From Flectonema sp. DT1601 (taxonomy: Eukaryota), in NCBI GenBank assembly GCA_964019425.1, contig OZ025783.1:1612001-1676000 (forward strand): a DNA stretch of 64,000 bases, in the 5' to 3' direction. A model generated the notes under the pieces. It did not search any database. It was not told the DNA's origin and saw nothing but the letters and a program-made list of their open reading frames with translations. The position numbers and the translations under genes were made by a program. Shown piece by piece: positions 23,146 to 33,779 of the stretch. Numbering within the stretch: position 1 is the stretch's first letter; each line of letters opens with the position of its first letter.

Positions 23146-23986
23146 ATGCGCTTTCTAGCATTGTTGTCTGCGTTGTTGCTGTGCAACGCGGTACAGGTAT
23201 GTTATTGTTTATTATTATGTACCAAAACACATAGAACAGAGTAGTACCTTAATCAATAACAGGGATGGTCTTTATTTGGAGGTGGTGACAGTGACGAAGC
23301 TGAAAATGAAGAATTCGATGAGCCGTCGAGAAAGATTATCGGAGCTCGTGTTGAAACCTGTCGAGGATGTAAATTAAATTATTTACCAAAGCTGCGTTCT
23401 TTCATTGATGGTGACTTAGCTAATTACAAAGCAGTAGAGCTGAAGTTTATTCAAGGAGCTGCGCCAGAGATCATGTGGCTTAATGAATTCGGTCAAGTTA
23501 TATCAACTGAAAATATTGAGCAATACGACACTTCTGGAATGGCTGCTCTTCTTAAGAGAAACGACATCACCAGAAAGACTCCAAAACCTATTTATCGCGA
23601 ACAACGTTTCAAACCAACCAAACACTGCTTAGCATTTAGAGGTGCTGATCAGTGTAATCCAAAAGAGCCGAGAGTAATGTCTTATGACAGCGCTTGTAAG
23701 TATGTTTTTATATTCTAAAAAGGTTTGCATTGGTTAACAACACGCAGTTTAACACAAACAACAAACAGTAAATTAGTGTCTGAAAGCATTGCTGGAAACT
23801 GTCAGTGTAGAGGAGGACTTGTTCTTCCGGTTTCATGCGGGACTCGTAATGGTTTGACATGTCAGGTTTGTGTTTTTATAATTTTGTTTTCTTTACTTCA
23901 AACACGATGAGTTTATAAATAAAAAACAACAACAGTCTTTGTGTGAGGAAGTAATGGATGGTGAGGACGTTGTTGACATCGAGTAG
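23146..23986 (+). CDS. Sep15/SelM-family ER thioredoxin-like protein (Cys homolog, CRGC) with Cys-rich C-terminal domain; exons 23146..23196, 23263..23699, 23769..23865, 23936..23986
   Basis: Signal peptide MRFLALLSALLLCNAVQG. ARVETCRGCKLNYLPKLRSFI...FIQGAAPEI aligns by eye with SelM ARVETCGGUQLNRLKEVKAFV...HLPGADPEL. Three introns keep the frame. Confidence 0.8.
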
Positions 23987-24229
23987 TCTCTCTGAGGATT
24001 ACTTTCTAAAAGACGAGAAAGATTATTAACAATTTGAGTTTGTATTACCAGACGTAAACGAGTATTAAAGGCGAAGGAATCCAAAACTTCGCGAGCTCAG
24101 TGTTGAAGAATTGTGTGATGTTCATTTCCGCAATCTTATTAAACCTTTATTAACAGGAACTCAAAATAGAATTATAGATTCCTTTAAAGTTATGTGGAAG
24201 TCATTCTATCCCAAACAGGACACAGAAAA

Positions 24230-24976
24230 ATGACGGTTTTCACGCATACTCAAAACAACCGAACTTACCGTTGCGGTCTTCTACCCATGAAAGAACTTGG
24301 GTGCATACCACTCTATGAAATATCCTTTAGGAAGGGTAATGATGTAATTTATGGAGGTAAAGATTTATTGGAATCTGTAAAAGAACAAACAGATAATTCA
24401 AAAATAGTTGGATACATGTTAGAGAATCAAATCTCAGGTACAGTTCCGTATTCAAGTATTGTTCAAGGATCGAATGAGCAGGGATACGTCTTTCCTGTTC
24501 ATAAAGATTCAAAAGGTGTGAACTTAATGAAATTATACTACAGCAGAGGGAGATGTGATCATTCAGCTGTTGCTACGAGTGCTGGAGAGCAAGACTTGTT
24601 ACTGTCACTTGGTGATTGCAAACATGAATACTGTTTTGAAAAACCGATCGGATCTGTAGAGGTATCGGACGTCGACGACACAACCCCCCTCTTCAGAATG
24701 TGGCATGGCCATCACCTTAACAGTACTCTAGCAGCGAGACCAGAAACAATTGATTCTCTTATCGGTAAAGGATATTGTAAAGTCCGTATCGAAGGACACG
24801 TTTTTGAAGAACAAACTTTCTTTACAAGTCCGCTAACAATCTTATATCACGCGGGTAGGAAAGATTCAACTGCTACATGTGATGAAGACGATATAAAGGC
24901 TTACATCAAAGAAGGGTACGTCGTTGAAGGAATCGAAGGATACATCTACTACTGCCCTCTTGCAACAGCCAGCTAG
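24230..24976 (+). CDS. DUF5648-like repeat protein
   Basis: Repeats of PLxxxY/W...D...T...GYxxEGIEGY type (PLFRMWH...IEGHVF; PLTILYH...GYVVEGIEGYIY). Confidence 0.6.
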   Translation: MTVFTHTQNNRTYRCGLLPMKELGCIPLYEISFRKGNDVIYGGKDLLESVKEQTDNSKIVGYMLENQISGTVPYSSIVQGSNEQGYVFPVHKDSKGVNLMKLYYSRGRCDHSAVATSAGEQDLLLSLGDCKHEYCFEKPIGSVEVSDVDDTTPLFRMWHGHHLNSTLAARPETIDSLIGKGYCKVRIEGHVFEEQTFFTSPLTILYHAGRKDSTATCDEDDIKAYIKEGYVVEGIEGYIYYCPLATAS

Positions 24977-25156
24977 CTACTGAAATACAACACCTGACTG
25001 AGTACTATTCGTTTTGTTAACAATTAAAGAAAATGAAAAAAAAAAATCCTTTTTCCATTGCTATTGATAACAATAAGTGGAATTGACAAAAGGATGTTAC
25101 GAAAAAACTATTATTTTCGTATCCAAAAACAAACTAATTGTTATTTTCACAGAAAA

Positions 25157-26227
25157 ATGCATATCTATGTTTCTGGGGACATACTTGGTGATGAGATTAT
25201 TGCCGTGACGACAACAATTGGAATGCGAGTCAGAGATGTGAAACATGAGATCGGACAACTGATTGGAATCGCTAGCTGTGATTTATTATTATTGCTCGAC
25301 AGCTATGATGAAGTAGCTGATGATGAAGAGATTTGTGAAATTGGAATTGTTAGTGAAAGTCGAATGCACGTCAGACTTACAAAAAAAGCATCGGCAGAGT
25401 TATTCCTTTCAAAAAGAAATATTCCAAACAACTTCTATAAACTGATAGAATCCATTAGGACTTCAGACGCTGACCTACTAGCTGTTCTCTTGGAAGCGGA
25501 ATGCCCTCGAAAATGTACCAAAGAACAGACAATAAAGTCACTAATCACTCGAGGAAGACGGAGGACTGATGTAACACCAAATATACCTCTCATCCACATG
25601 GCAACACATGATTTAAGAAATTTCAAATTGCTTGTTCAATTTGGTGAAGACCCACTTTCTGTAGACTCTCGTAACACTTCGCCGTTAATGATTTGTATGA
25701 AAAACGGTCATCTTGAAGTTGCATCATATCTGGTAAATAATTTTTCAAATGAAATAAATATCAACCATCAAGATGACTCTGGAAACAGTGCAATGAGTTA
25801 TGCAGTTTTAGCAGGTCGAAGTGATTGTGTCAGGTGGGTACTTAACATTACTTCACTTGATGTCACTCATTCATTTACGACTATAAACAATAATCGTTTA
25901 ACCCCATTAATGATCGCTTCCCAATCTGGTAATAATCACATAGTCCAATTACTACTATCAAAGACAACGTCTACTCACTGTCTTAACTTTGAGTACAATG
26001 GTTGTAATGCTACTCTACTTGCAGCATCTCGAGGCAACAGGCGGATAGTTGAAATGTTGTTTCATGCGGGTGGTCGTATTCCAAAACCATGTCCTGAGAA
26101 TGAGATGTTAATAAAAACAATTTTAAAGAATTCAGATATTGTATCTACTCTAAATATTTGGATGAGAGGACGATCGACGTCAAGAGAATTAACAACGCGT
26201 CATAACGAACCAATTATGGTACGGTAA
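25157..26227 (+). CDS. Ubiquitin-like N-terminal domain plus ankyrin repeat protein
   Basis: SPLMICMKNGHLEVASYLV, SAMSYAVLAGRSDCVRWVL, TPLMIASQSGNNHIVQLLL, ATLLAASRGNRRIVEMLF; N-terminus has a ubiquitin-like pattern. Confidence 0.8.
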   Translation: MHIYVSGDILGDEIIAVTTTIGMRVRDVKHEIGQLIGIASCDLLLLLDSYDEVADDEEICEIGIVSESRMHVRLTKKASAELFLSKRNIPNNFYKLIESIRTSDADLLAVLLEAECPRKCTKEQTIKSLITRGRRRTDVTPNIPLIHMATHDLRNFKLLVQFGEDPLSVDSRNTSPLMICMKNGHLEVASYLVNNFSNEININHQDDSGNSAMSYAVLAGRSDCVRWVLNITSLDVTHSFTTINNNRLTPLMIASQSGNNHIVQLLLSKTTSTHCLNFEYNGCNATLLAASRGNRRIVEMLFHAGGRIPKPCPENEMLIKTILKNSDIVSTLNIWMRGRSTSRELTTRHNEPIMVR

Positions 26228-26264
26228 ATGGATTAAAATATTCAGAATGCAAAAGCACTTGAAG

Positions 26265-26445
26265 TTACTATTTCCTCTTCGCTGCCTCAGCTAAATTTGT
26301 TGCTAGGCAATTTGCGAGCCTGCTGCCATCCTTAGATGTGGTAGCCGTTTCTCAGGCTCTCTCCGGAATCGAACCCTAATTCCCCGTTACCCGTTACAGC
26401 CACGGTAGTCCACTACACTACCATCAAAAGCTGATAGGGCAGATA
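26265..26445 (-). pseudogene. 18S (SSU) rRNA gene fragment, about 180 bp, euglenozoan-type
   Basis: Reverse complement contains tctgccctatcagc...gggtaacggggaattagggttcgattccggaga...gcctgagaaacggctaccacatctaagga.ggcagcagg. Isolated fragment, with a 2-nt deletion relative to the canonical ggagagggagcc. Confidence 0.92.
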
Positions 26446-27059
26446 ACATATTGATAAAAAAAAAGTTAAAACAGAGCAATTATAATCTGTTTTTTTTTAA
26501 ATTAGTAGCCAATAGTCAATATAAAAGAAAAATAAAATATCTCTTTCCCATAATAGGGGGAACTTAATAGAAGACACAAGTCATAGACAGGTTGTTTAGT
26601 GACCCATTTTACGATAATTATTTTCTATGATAGTTTGTGGACCCTTTTTTTTTTTTTTTTCTCCCCTTCTCTCTCTACTTTCTGAATTCTTATAAGGAAA
26701 TAAATTTATACATCTTCCGAAACTTTCTCTTTGCTTCACCCGATGAAACCATTAGGGTTTTTAGTAACGTAACGTAACGGTATTTCTTCAGACCACTTCT
26801 TCTATTTTCCCCCACAACTTACAAACCTACAAACTTTTTTTTTTCCCCCCTTTTTTTAAAATGAAAAGGCCTTTTCAACTACTGTTGACTTTGATAATTG
26901 ATGTTGTGTTTTTGAATAACCCGTTCGATTTCTTTTTTTAAAAAAATATTTACTGAACCCTTTTTTCAATAATTACGATTTAGAACTCATAAAGTAATAT
27001 TGTAGATTGTGAAGTAATACTTATCTCATATTGTCAACTACCAGTCCGTGAGGATATTA

Positions 27060-28721
27060 ATGGTCCCACCGGGCATCATGTCGTATAAGGGGGTTCACTT
27101 ACTGCTCCATGCAGGGTGCAAATGTGACAAAGCGGAAGGATTACAGTGCATGGGAAGTATTATGAGACTCCGAGGACTTGAGAACTTATTTAAAGGTGCG
27201 CAGAAGAAGGAAAAGTTGTGGGTTGGATTAAATATTTTAAGGACATCAATAAACAAGTTATATTCAGAGTACGCGGCCAAGGATTGTAATGTTTTCGAAG
27301 AACGTGCACACAAATGGATGACACGCGCGAAACGACTCCTTGAAGCCTCATGTGGAAGCGGTATTCTTAATCAGTGGGAAGAAGCACGAGAATGTTACAC
27401 TAACGCACATGATGAATTCATGAAAGCTGGTAAACCTCTCCTTGCTGGTGAAGCAAGCTGTCTTGCTTCTGATTGCGGTGCGAAATTAGGTTCTGATGTC
27501 GAATGTGCTTCAGATCTTCTTGCGGCTTCTCGTTGTTATTATGAATCATCACCTTTAGGTATGTCATCGCTCCATTGAGCAGTCTTTCTTTTCTTTCTAG
27601 CATAAGTGGTTGTTCACCTGATTCCACGAAATTTGATGTGTGGTTAGTTTGGTCTCGACAAGGATATTTCTATTTAGTCGATCTCTGAAAAGTTCTCACA
27701 ACAAATCTTGTAAAGCTCATTAGGGTTATTGGAATCAGAAATAAAAGCAAAAAGTTAAAGTTGTTTTTAATTCCTTCTACTCCAATTACTTTATTGAACA
27801 ACAAAAAACAGATGCTGTTGCCTGCCTTCAAAGAGTTATAAAAATCCACTCCAGGAATGAAAGATACTGCAAAGTTGCGAAGTACGAGAAAGAGGTTTGT
27901 AATAATAGCAATAGTCTTTCTTTATTGTTATGCAGACACAACAAAACGTAAACAGGTCGCTGAGATACACGAACGACTTTGGGAAAAGACAGACTGCCAA
28001 ACAGATCTTGAGAATAGCCTTCTCCACTACCAGGAAGCCTACAACTACTATGCCATGAAGGGAACTAGATACCTAACGTCTGTAATATTGTTTTTTTTAT
28101 TGTACCGACGTAGTCGGAGAAGAAACTATTCAGATTGAAAGTCGATATTTCTTATGGTCATGATTTATTTTCCCCGTGCGACAGGATTTTGTCTGCGTTC
28201 AACGAAATATAAGGCTAATCTGAATGGTTTTTTTTTTAATAAATTAATAATTATTATAATAGATACCCAACAACCACAGAGAACGAAATGCCTGCCTCTG
28301 TAAAGTAAGTAGCTTTAACGCTCTACTAGGAAAGTACTCAGAGGCGATTGCAACCTTTGAAACACTTAATGCCACTCTAACTGGAGATAAAATAAAAGCT
28401 GATGGATTATTCAGAGCAATGCTCTGTCACCTTGTGGATATTAGAACTGACAACAGACTTCAGGGAATAGAAAAAAGTAATTTTGCTTTTGATCAATATT
28501 CCGACAGAGAACCTCATTTTCAAAGTGGAAAAGAGTACAACTTAATCAGGGATATCTCAACAGCAGTCAACAGACAGGACATTTTTGGGTTTGAAACAGC
28601 CGTGGCAGAGTATCGAACTTGCCGAGAACCCGAATACTGGAGAGATTACATGTTAGAAAAGGTTGAAAAAAATCTAATCGAAGTACTGGACTCGGTTGAT
28701 AAACTCACCTTCAACAATTAA
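27060..28721 (+). CDS. SNAP (soluble NSF attachment protein)-like TPR protein with N-terminal extension; exons 27060(or 27078)..27558, 27812..27894, 27956..28077, 28280..28721
   Basis: WEEARECYTNA, ERNACLCKVSSFNALLGKYSEAIATFE, FRAMLCHL, FQSGKEYNLI match alpha-SNAP motifs; three introns keep the frame. Confidence 0.75.
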
Positions 28722-29038
28722 GTCTTCATCTTTTCATGTGACTGTTTGTAACGTTTATCGTCGACCGTTTGGGTTGTTAACTTAAAAGATTATTTATAGA
28801 TAGCTGTTCGTCTTACGGCGTTACAACTAATTAAAAAAAAAAAAAGAAAAGAACACAAAAATAAATACACACAAACATAACCATTAATATACAATTCACG
28901 TGTAGTACTTATTAATTATCTTTCGTATTAACAGGTCCCAACACTCTGGTTCTTGATATATGAAGTGAGCCATTCTATTGTACGTGGAAGACTTGAGTGA
29001 TTATTATTATTGTTTTTAGTTTACAACACTTTAATAAA

Positions 29039-29713
29039 ATGGGTATTTGCACATCATTATTCCGTGATAGTCCACTGACTCCTGAAGAACTTAGGAGATT
29101 GGTTAAAATTCAGATCGTTGTGTTTAGCATTATTAATACGATCATTTCTATTGTGACCTTGGCGGCTACAGATAACAGCGAAATCGAAAGAAGTGCGATA
29201 ATTGCTTCTCTGGTACTACTGTGGGCATCGTTTCCAGTTGGTATGTGGGGAATATATAAAAAAAACGGAGGAGTGACTGCGCTGTACATCATCTTTGGAG
29301 TCTTATGTGGAGCGATAAGAGTCACATTATCACTGATTGCTGCTGCGACTGTTGTTGTCTCATGTCAAACTGAACAGGTGTCATTTAAAGGATGCTTTCA
29401 GGCACTCGATTCATTGTCTTGTCTTCGATACTCAAACTGTACGAGTGATATTCTTGATGGATATAATAGTTTATCAACAACAACAGTTGAGTGTACTGCT
29501 TGGAGTTTAAATGATTGTAGTAACGCTCCTTCAGGAGATGATTCATACGCTTCTAAGGGAACTTTAATACTTCTGATTATTAATGTTCTAACATCATGTG
29601 TTCCAGTTTACATGGCTTTCTTGTACTTCACAAGAAGCGAATCGAGCAACTCATCAAACGAACAGCAACGTGGAGCTGAGGTGTCAGAACTCGAAGACAC
29701 TAGTCCGAAATGA
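29039..29713 (+). CDS. Four-TM tetraspanin-like membrane protein, paralog 1 (possible readthrough to 29890)
   Basis: Three TMs, Cys-rich loop, fourth TM; clear paralog at 31258. Confidence 0.8.
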   Translation: MGICTSLFRDSPLTPEELRRLVKIQIVVFSIINTIISIVTLAATDNSEIERSAIIASLVLLWASFPVGMWGIYKKNGGVTALYIIFGVLCGAIRVTLSLIAAATVVVSCQTEQVSFKGCFQALDSLSCLRYSNCTSDILDGYNSLSTTTVECTAWSLNDCSNAPSGDDSYASKGTLILLIINVLTSCVPVYMAFLYFTRSESSNSSNEQQRGAEVSELEDTSPK

Positions 29714-30078
29714 CTACCTAACGATGTTTCACGTGCTCAATATCAACAACCACTTCCAGCACCACTTCCTATTAGTTCTCATCCTAAACCTCCCGCTAAA
29801 GGCGGAAGTAGTATTTCAGATCCGTACATGTGGAATGCCTCGACTATGCAGCAGCCAACATCACCTCCTGTGAGATCATTTAAGCATTAATTATTATTAT
29901 TTTGGGTATTATAATGTTCTATCTCACTACGGTAGTAACAATCACCTGAAGGAGAATGAAACCTTTGAATTGTTTGCTTCATTCTCATCCTGCTAACGTT
30001 TTATTCTTTTTTTTTTTTATTTTTTCCGTCAGAATACATTAATTCAAAACTACTGAAGTAACATTCCAGTTGTAGTTA

Positions 30079-30235
30079 GTCACCACTGAACCTTTCGGTC
30101 AGCAGCAGCTTCTCTATAGAACTTGTGATGGTTTTCACCATCGTGCCTTCCAGAATACATCGGCAGTGGTAGGTGCATGAGCGCTCCCATAAAACGTTGG
30201 ATTGGCGGGCTACTTGCAAATCCAACTGTGGTGAT
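30079..30235. ncRNA. Candidate structured RNA (multi-hairpin; GAAA tetraloops on the minus strand)
   Basis: accactg/cagtggt, gatggt-tttc-accatc, ctgaacc-tttc-ggtcag, gttggatt/aatccaac in a GC-richer island. Confidence 0.3.
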
Positions 30236-30693
30236 TGTTATTTTGTGTCAGTTTTTTTCTTTCCTCAAAACTTACTAATTTTTTTAAAAAAAAAAAAAAT
30301 TGACGAATCGTAACTACTTTCAATTGTGTTCAAGTGAAGGTGACTACGCGAACTAGTTTCCTTATTCAGATATTGTTATAATCGTAGTTATCTTCAATAA
30401 GATGTTAAGAGGTAAGAAGTACTCTTCCTCTCCTTTTTATTTCTTTTTTTTTTTTATGGAAAACTCTTTACACTTGCGCGAAAACTTCACGCGGTTTTGA
30501 GTTATTTTTTTTTTCCACCGCCTTCCTCGATAAATCCCTCCTGTGTGTGTTTTAGGATTCCCCCGTCGGTCTAAGCTATACCTAACTAACGTTCGTTATT
30601 GTTACCTCGTAGGTAACTGATTACTGTAGAAGTGATTCACAATGTGCAAATGTTGTTCTATCTGTCTATTAAACAAGCTTTACTGATCTCGCT

Positions 30694-30736
30694 TGCTCGT
30701 GCTGAGACCGAATTGACGATCTCCAGACTCAGACGT
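30694..30736 (+). repeat. Isolated fragment of the 110-aa multicopy gene
   Basis: 38 nt identical to the CDS (tgctcgtgctgagaccgaattgacgatctccagactca), followed by gacgt. Confidence 0.9.
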
Positions 30737-31257
30737 TCCTTCAAAAGAGGTTTAGATTAACTCTTCTCCCTCTTTTCTACTAAACAATTAACTTTTTCCT
30801 CTCCCTTTTTCTTGTGAAAATCTCGCAACATTTCATTGTCTGATTACCTTGTCTTTGGACTACTGTCCGGCTGAATATCTTAACAATTAGTAATGTTATC
30901 GTTTTGTGAGAAAATATCATCGGCGTTGAAGATTCTTTTTCTTTTTTTTTGTTCGTACTTGGATGTCAATGCCGTTGATTGTGTAACCTTTTTGTGAGGT
31001 TTTTGTTTTTTTTTATTTCCTTCCTTTCCTTTTTTTAATATTTTCTTTTTACGCATGATACACCTTCCAGAAAGGGAACATTTGTAAAAAAAAAAAAAAA
31101 AAAACGAAATATTTTTTCTCCCTTCGTAGTCTGTGGTTAATAGAGGTTTATTTTCCCTTCGGGGTAACAAACACTAACTGTGACTAAAGAAGTTTGTTAT
31201 TGTAATGAACAAACATGTTGGTGATATATTTATGTTCTCCAGAAAGGTATTTATAAA

Positions 31258-31953
31258 ATGAATTTATGTAAGTCGTTGTTTCGATCTACTCCCCTCGGCC
31301 ATGAAGAGCTTCGAGGTTTTCTAAAAGTACAATTGGTAATGTTTAGTATCATGAACACCATCACGTCGATTATTAGTTTAGTACAAGAGAACACTTCCAT
31401 TGAAGAAGGAGCTATAGTCGCGTCATTGGTATTGCTGTGGGCATCATTTCCAATTGGTATGTGGGGAATATACAAAGAAAACGGAGGAATGACTGCGCTG
31501 TACATCATCTTTGGTATCTTATGTGGAATAGTAAGAGTCGTTATGTCGTTAATTGCTGCTGCGGTTGTTGCTGTTTCATGTCAGGCTGAGCAAATGTCAT
31601 TTAAAGGATGCTTTCAGGCGCTCGATTCATTGTCTTGTCTTCGATACTCAAACTGTACGAGTGATATTATTAAAGATTACAACACCATTTCGAACTCGAC
31701 AATAAAATGTGATGCCTGGGGTACAGATGAATGTAGTCACGCTCCTTCAACTACAGCAACCTTCGTTACAACTGATGGGAGGACTATACTTCTTGTAATG
31801 AATGTGTTTACAGCTTGTGTTCCAGTTTATATGGCTTTCTTGTACTTTACTCGAAAAGAAGCGACAAAGATATCATTTAATGGAGCGTCAGATATTCATA
31901 TTGAATCTGGAGAAGTACATCCTCTACCGATTAAGTCGTTACCACGGATGTAG
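31258..31953 (+). CDS. Four-TM tetraspanin-like membrane protein, paralog 2
   Basis: Collinear similarity to the 29039 gene. Confidence 0.8.
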   Translation: MNLCKSLFRSTPLGHEELRGFLKVQLVMFSIMNTITSIISLVQENTSIEEGAIVASLVLLWASFPIGMWGIYKENGGMTALYIIFGILCGIVRVVMSLIAAAVVAVSCQAEQMSFKGCFQALDSLSCLRYSNCTSDIIKDYNTISNSTIKCDAWGTDECSHAPSTTATFVTTDGRTILLVMNVFTACVPVYMAFLYFTRKEATKISFNGASDIHIESGEVHPLPIKSLPRM

Positions 31954-32335
31954 TCTTAAGTGCTGGCGAATCTTTTTTTTTTTTTTTTTTTTTTTTTTTT
32001 CCCCACTCTCAAGTCTTCAGTTGTGTGAAATACCTGTTTTCTTCGATACAGCTCTGCAGCTAACCAAGATTCTTGAAAATTAGTTTTTTCCCGTTCCTTT
32101 TTTTCCTGCTTCATCTCCATTTTATAGTAATATGGCAGTTTACTAGTCTTTTAATATTCACCGTCAGAGTCCCAGATTACTATTCCGATGTTTTTGCTCT
32201 AACTAACTAACAATTCTGCTGATGGATTTCTCGCGTTTTTGACGTTTATTACTCACCTTAATCAAAAAATAATAGTATAAAAAAAATATAGCCGCCCTTT
32301 GAAGGGTTGTTTTTTTAATTGTTACGGTTAAACAC

Positions 32336-32370
<35 letters not shown>

Positions 32371-32559
32371 GTTTCACCAATGCCGTTTGTTCATCTCAAT
32401 CATAGTTAATACTAACTCTAGATAACAATAAAATTCTTAATTAACTAACTCGTTCCTTTTTACTTACCAACTTTCCAACAATTCGATATGTGCTATGGTA
32501 TATTAATGAACTAGGGAATACAAGTATTGCATTATTTCATCACAGGTAACGTTTGTAAG

Positions 32560-33558
32560 ATGGCAATTCCACTACAAGAAATCGAAGCAGCCAACAGAAG
32601 AGTGAATGGTTTCGCTCATAAAACTCCGGTGATGACTTGCGATGCTTTAGATAAGATTTCTGGTAAAAAACTTTACTTCAAATGTGAACATCTTCAAAAA
32701 GTTGGAGCCTTTAAAATTCGAGGAGCAATAAATGCGATTGGTCAGCTTCAGGAAACTGGAAAAGTCAACGCCGTAGTAACTCACTCGTCTGGTAATCACG
32801 CACAGGCACTCGCACTCGCAGGAAAACTAAAAGGAGTAGATGCTCATATTATAATGCCGAGAACTGCTCCCGCAGTAAAACGCAATGCTGTGGAACACAC
32901 TTACAAAGCGAAAGTCTACCTGAGTGAACCAACACAAGCAGCAAGAGAAGCTCTCGCAGAAGAAGTAGTTGCAAAGACTAACGGATCATTTATTCACCCT
33001 TATGATAATAAGTTCGTGCAAGCTGGTCAAGGTACTTGTGGATATGAATTCATTCATCAAGTCCCTGACTTGGATGCCGTCATAATTGCAATTGGAGGAG
33101 GTGGAATGATGACAGGAATGGGATCAGCTATAAAGGCTATTAACCCAAAGTGTCGAGTATTTGGTGCTGAACCAGTCATGGCTGACGATGCCTTTCGATC
33201 ATTTCGAAACAAGAAACGAGTTGAGAAACACTCTCCAGGAAAACCGAATACGATCGCTGACGGGCTGCTTACTATCATCGCTGATTCCACTTTTGATGCA
33301 ATCTCAACTGTGGCTGATGATATCATTACTGTTACTGAACCTCAAATTGCTTACGCAATGAAACTTATAATGGAGCGAATGAAACAGGTCATCGAACCAT
33401 CTGCTGCTGTTCCTCTCGCGGCATTACTCTCACCGTCATTTCCGAAAGACGATTCTATTAAAAAAGTTGGAATTGTTTTATGCGGTGGGAATGTTGATCT
33501 TTCTATGATGGCAAACTTCATGAAATTAGCCGAGTCTGGTGAGCGTGCCAGATTGTAA
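32560..33558 (+). CDS. SRR: Serine racemase / PLP-dependent fold II dehydratase, C-terminal PTS1 (ARL)
   Basis: FKCEHLQKVGAFKIRGA (PLP Lys), VTHSSGNHAQA, AGQGT, IGGGG, GAEP..ADD, TIADG, IEPSAAV, CGGNVD. Confidence 0.85.
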   Translation: MAIPLQEIEAANRRVNGFAHKTPVMTCDALDKISGKKLYFKCEHLQKVGAFKIRGAINAIGQLQETGKVNAVVTHSSGNHAQALALAGKLKGVDAHIIMPRTAPAVKRNAVEHTYKAKVYLSEPTQAAREALAEEVVAKTNGSFIHPYDNKFVQAGQGTCGYEFIHQVPDLDAVIIAIGGGGMMTGMGSAIKAINPKCRVFGAEPVMADDAFRSFRNKKRVEKHSPGKPNTIADGLLTIIADSTFDAISTVADDIITVTEPQIAYAMKLIMERMKQVIEPSAAVPLAALLSPSFPKDDSIKKVGIVLCGGNVDLSMMANFMKLAESGERARL

Positions 33559-33779
33559 TATTTGATTTTGTTTTTAAAAAAAAAAATAAAAAATTATATA
33601 AATTTCGTTTCATGTGTTTTTACCGTGTGCGAGTTAATTACTATGGTCTTAGTGTTTGACAAAAACGTATTTACACCAAGCCTGTCTGAATGAAAAACCT
33701 GACCTAATAAACTTATAAAACGTAACTTGTAGATGAAGAGAAAGGACAATCCATATTCAAACAGACAGCCAGAAGAAAA

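Noticed and set aside
23358..23372. Selenocysteine in the SelM homolog
   Set aside because: Both motif codons are TGT.
26265..26445. Functional rRNA gene
   Set aside because: Only about a tenth of the SSU, with a deletion in a conserved motif and non-rDNA flanks.
30176..30215. SECIS-like ATGA...AAAA stem that would make TGA 29711 selenocysteine
   Set aside because: No 3' GA to complete the core, weak helix, and no redox motif around the TGA.
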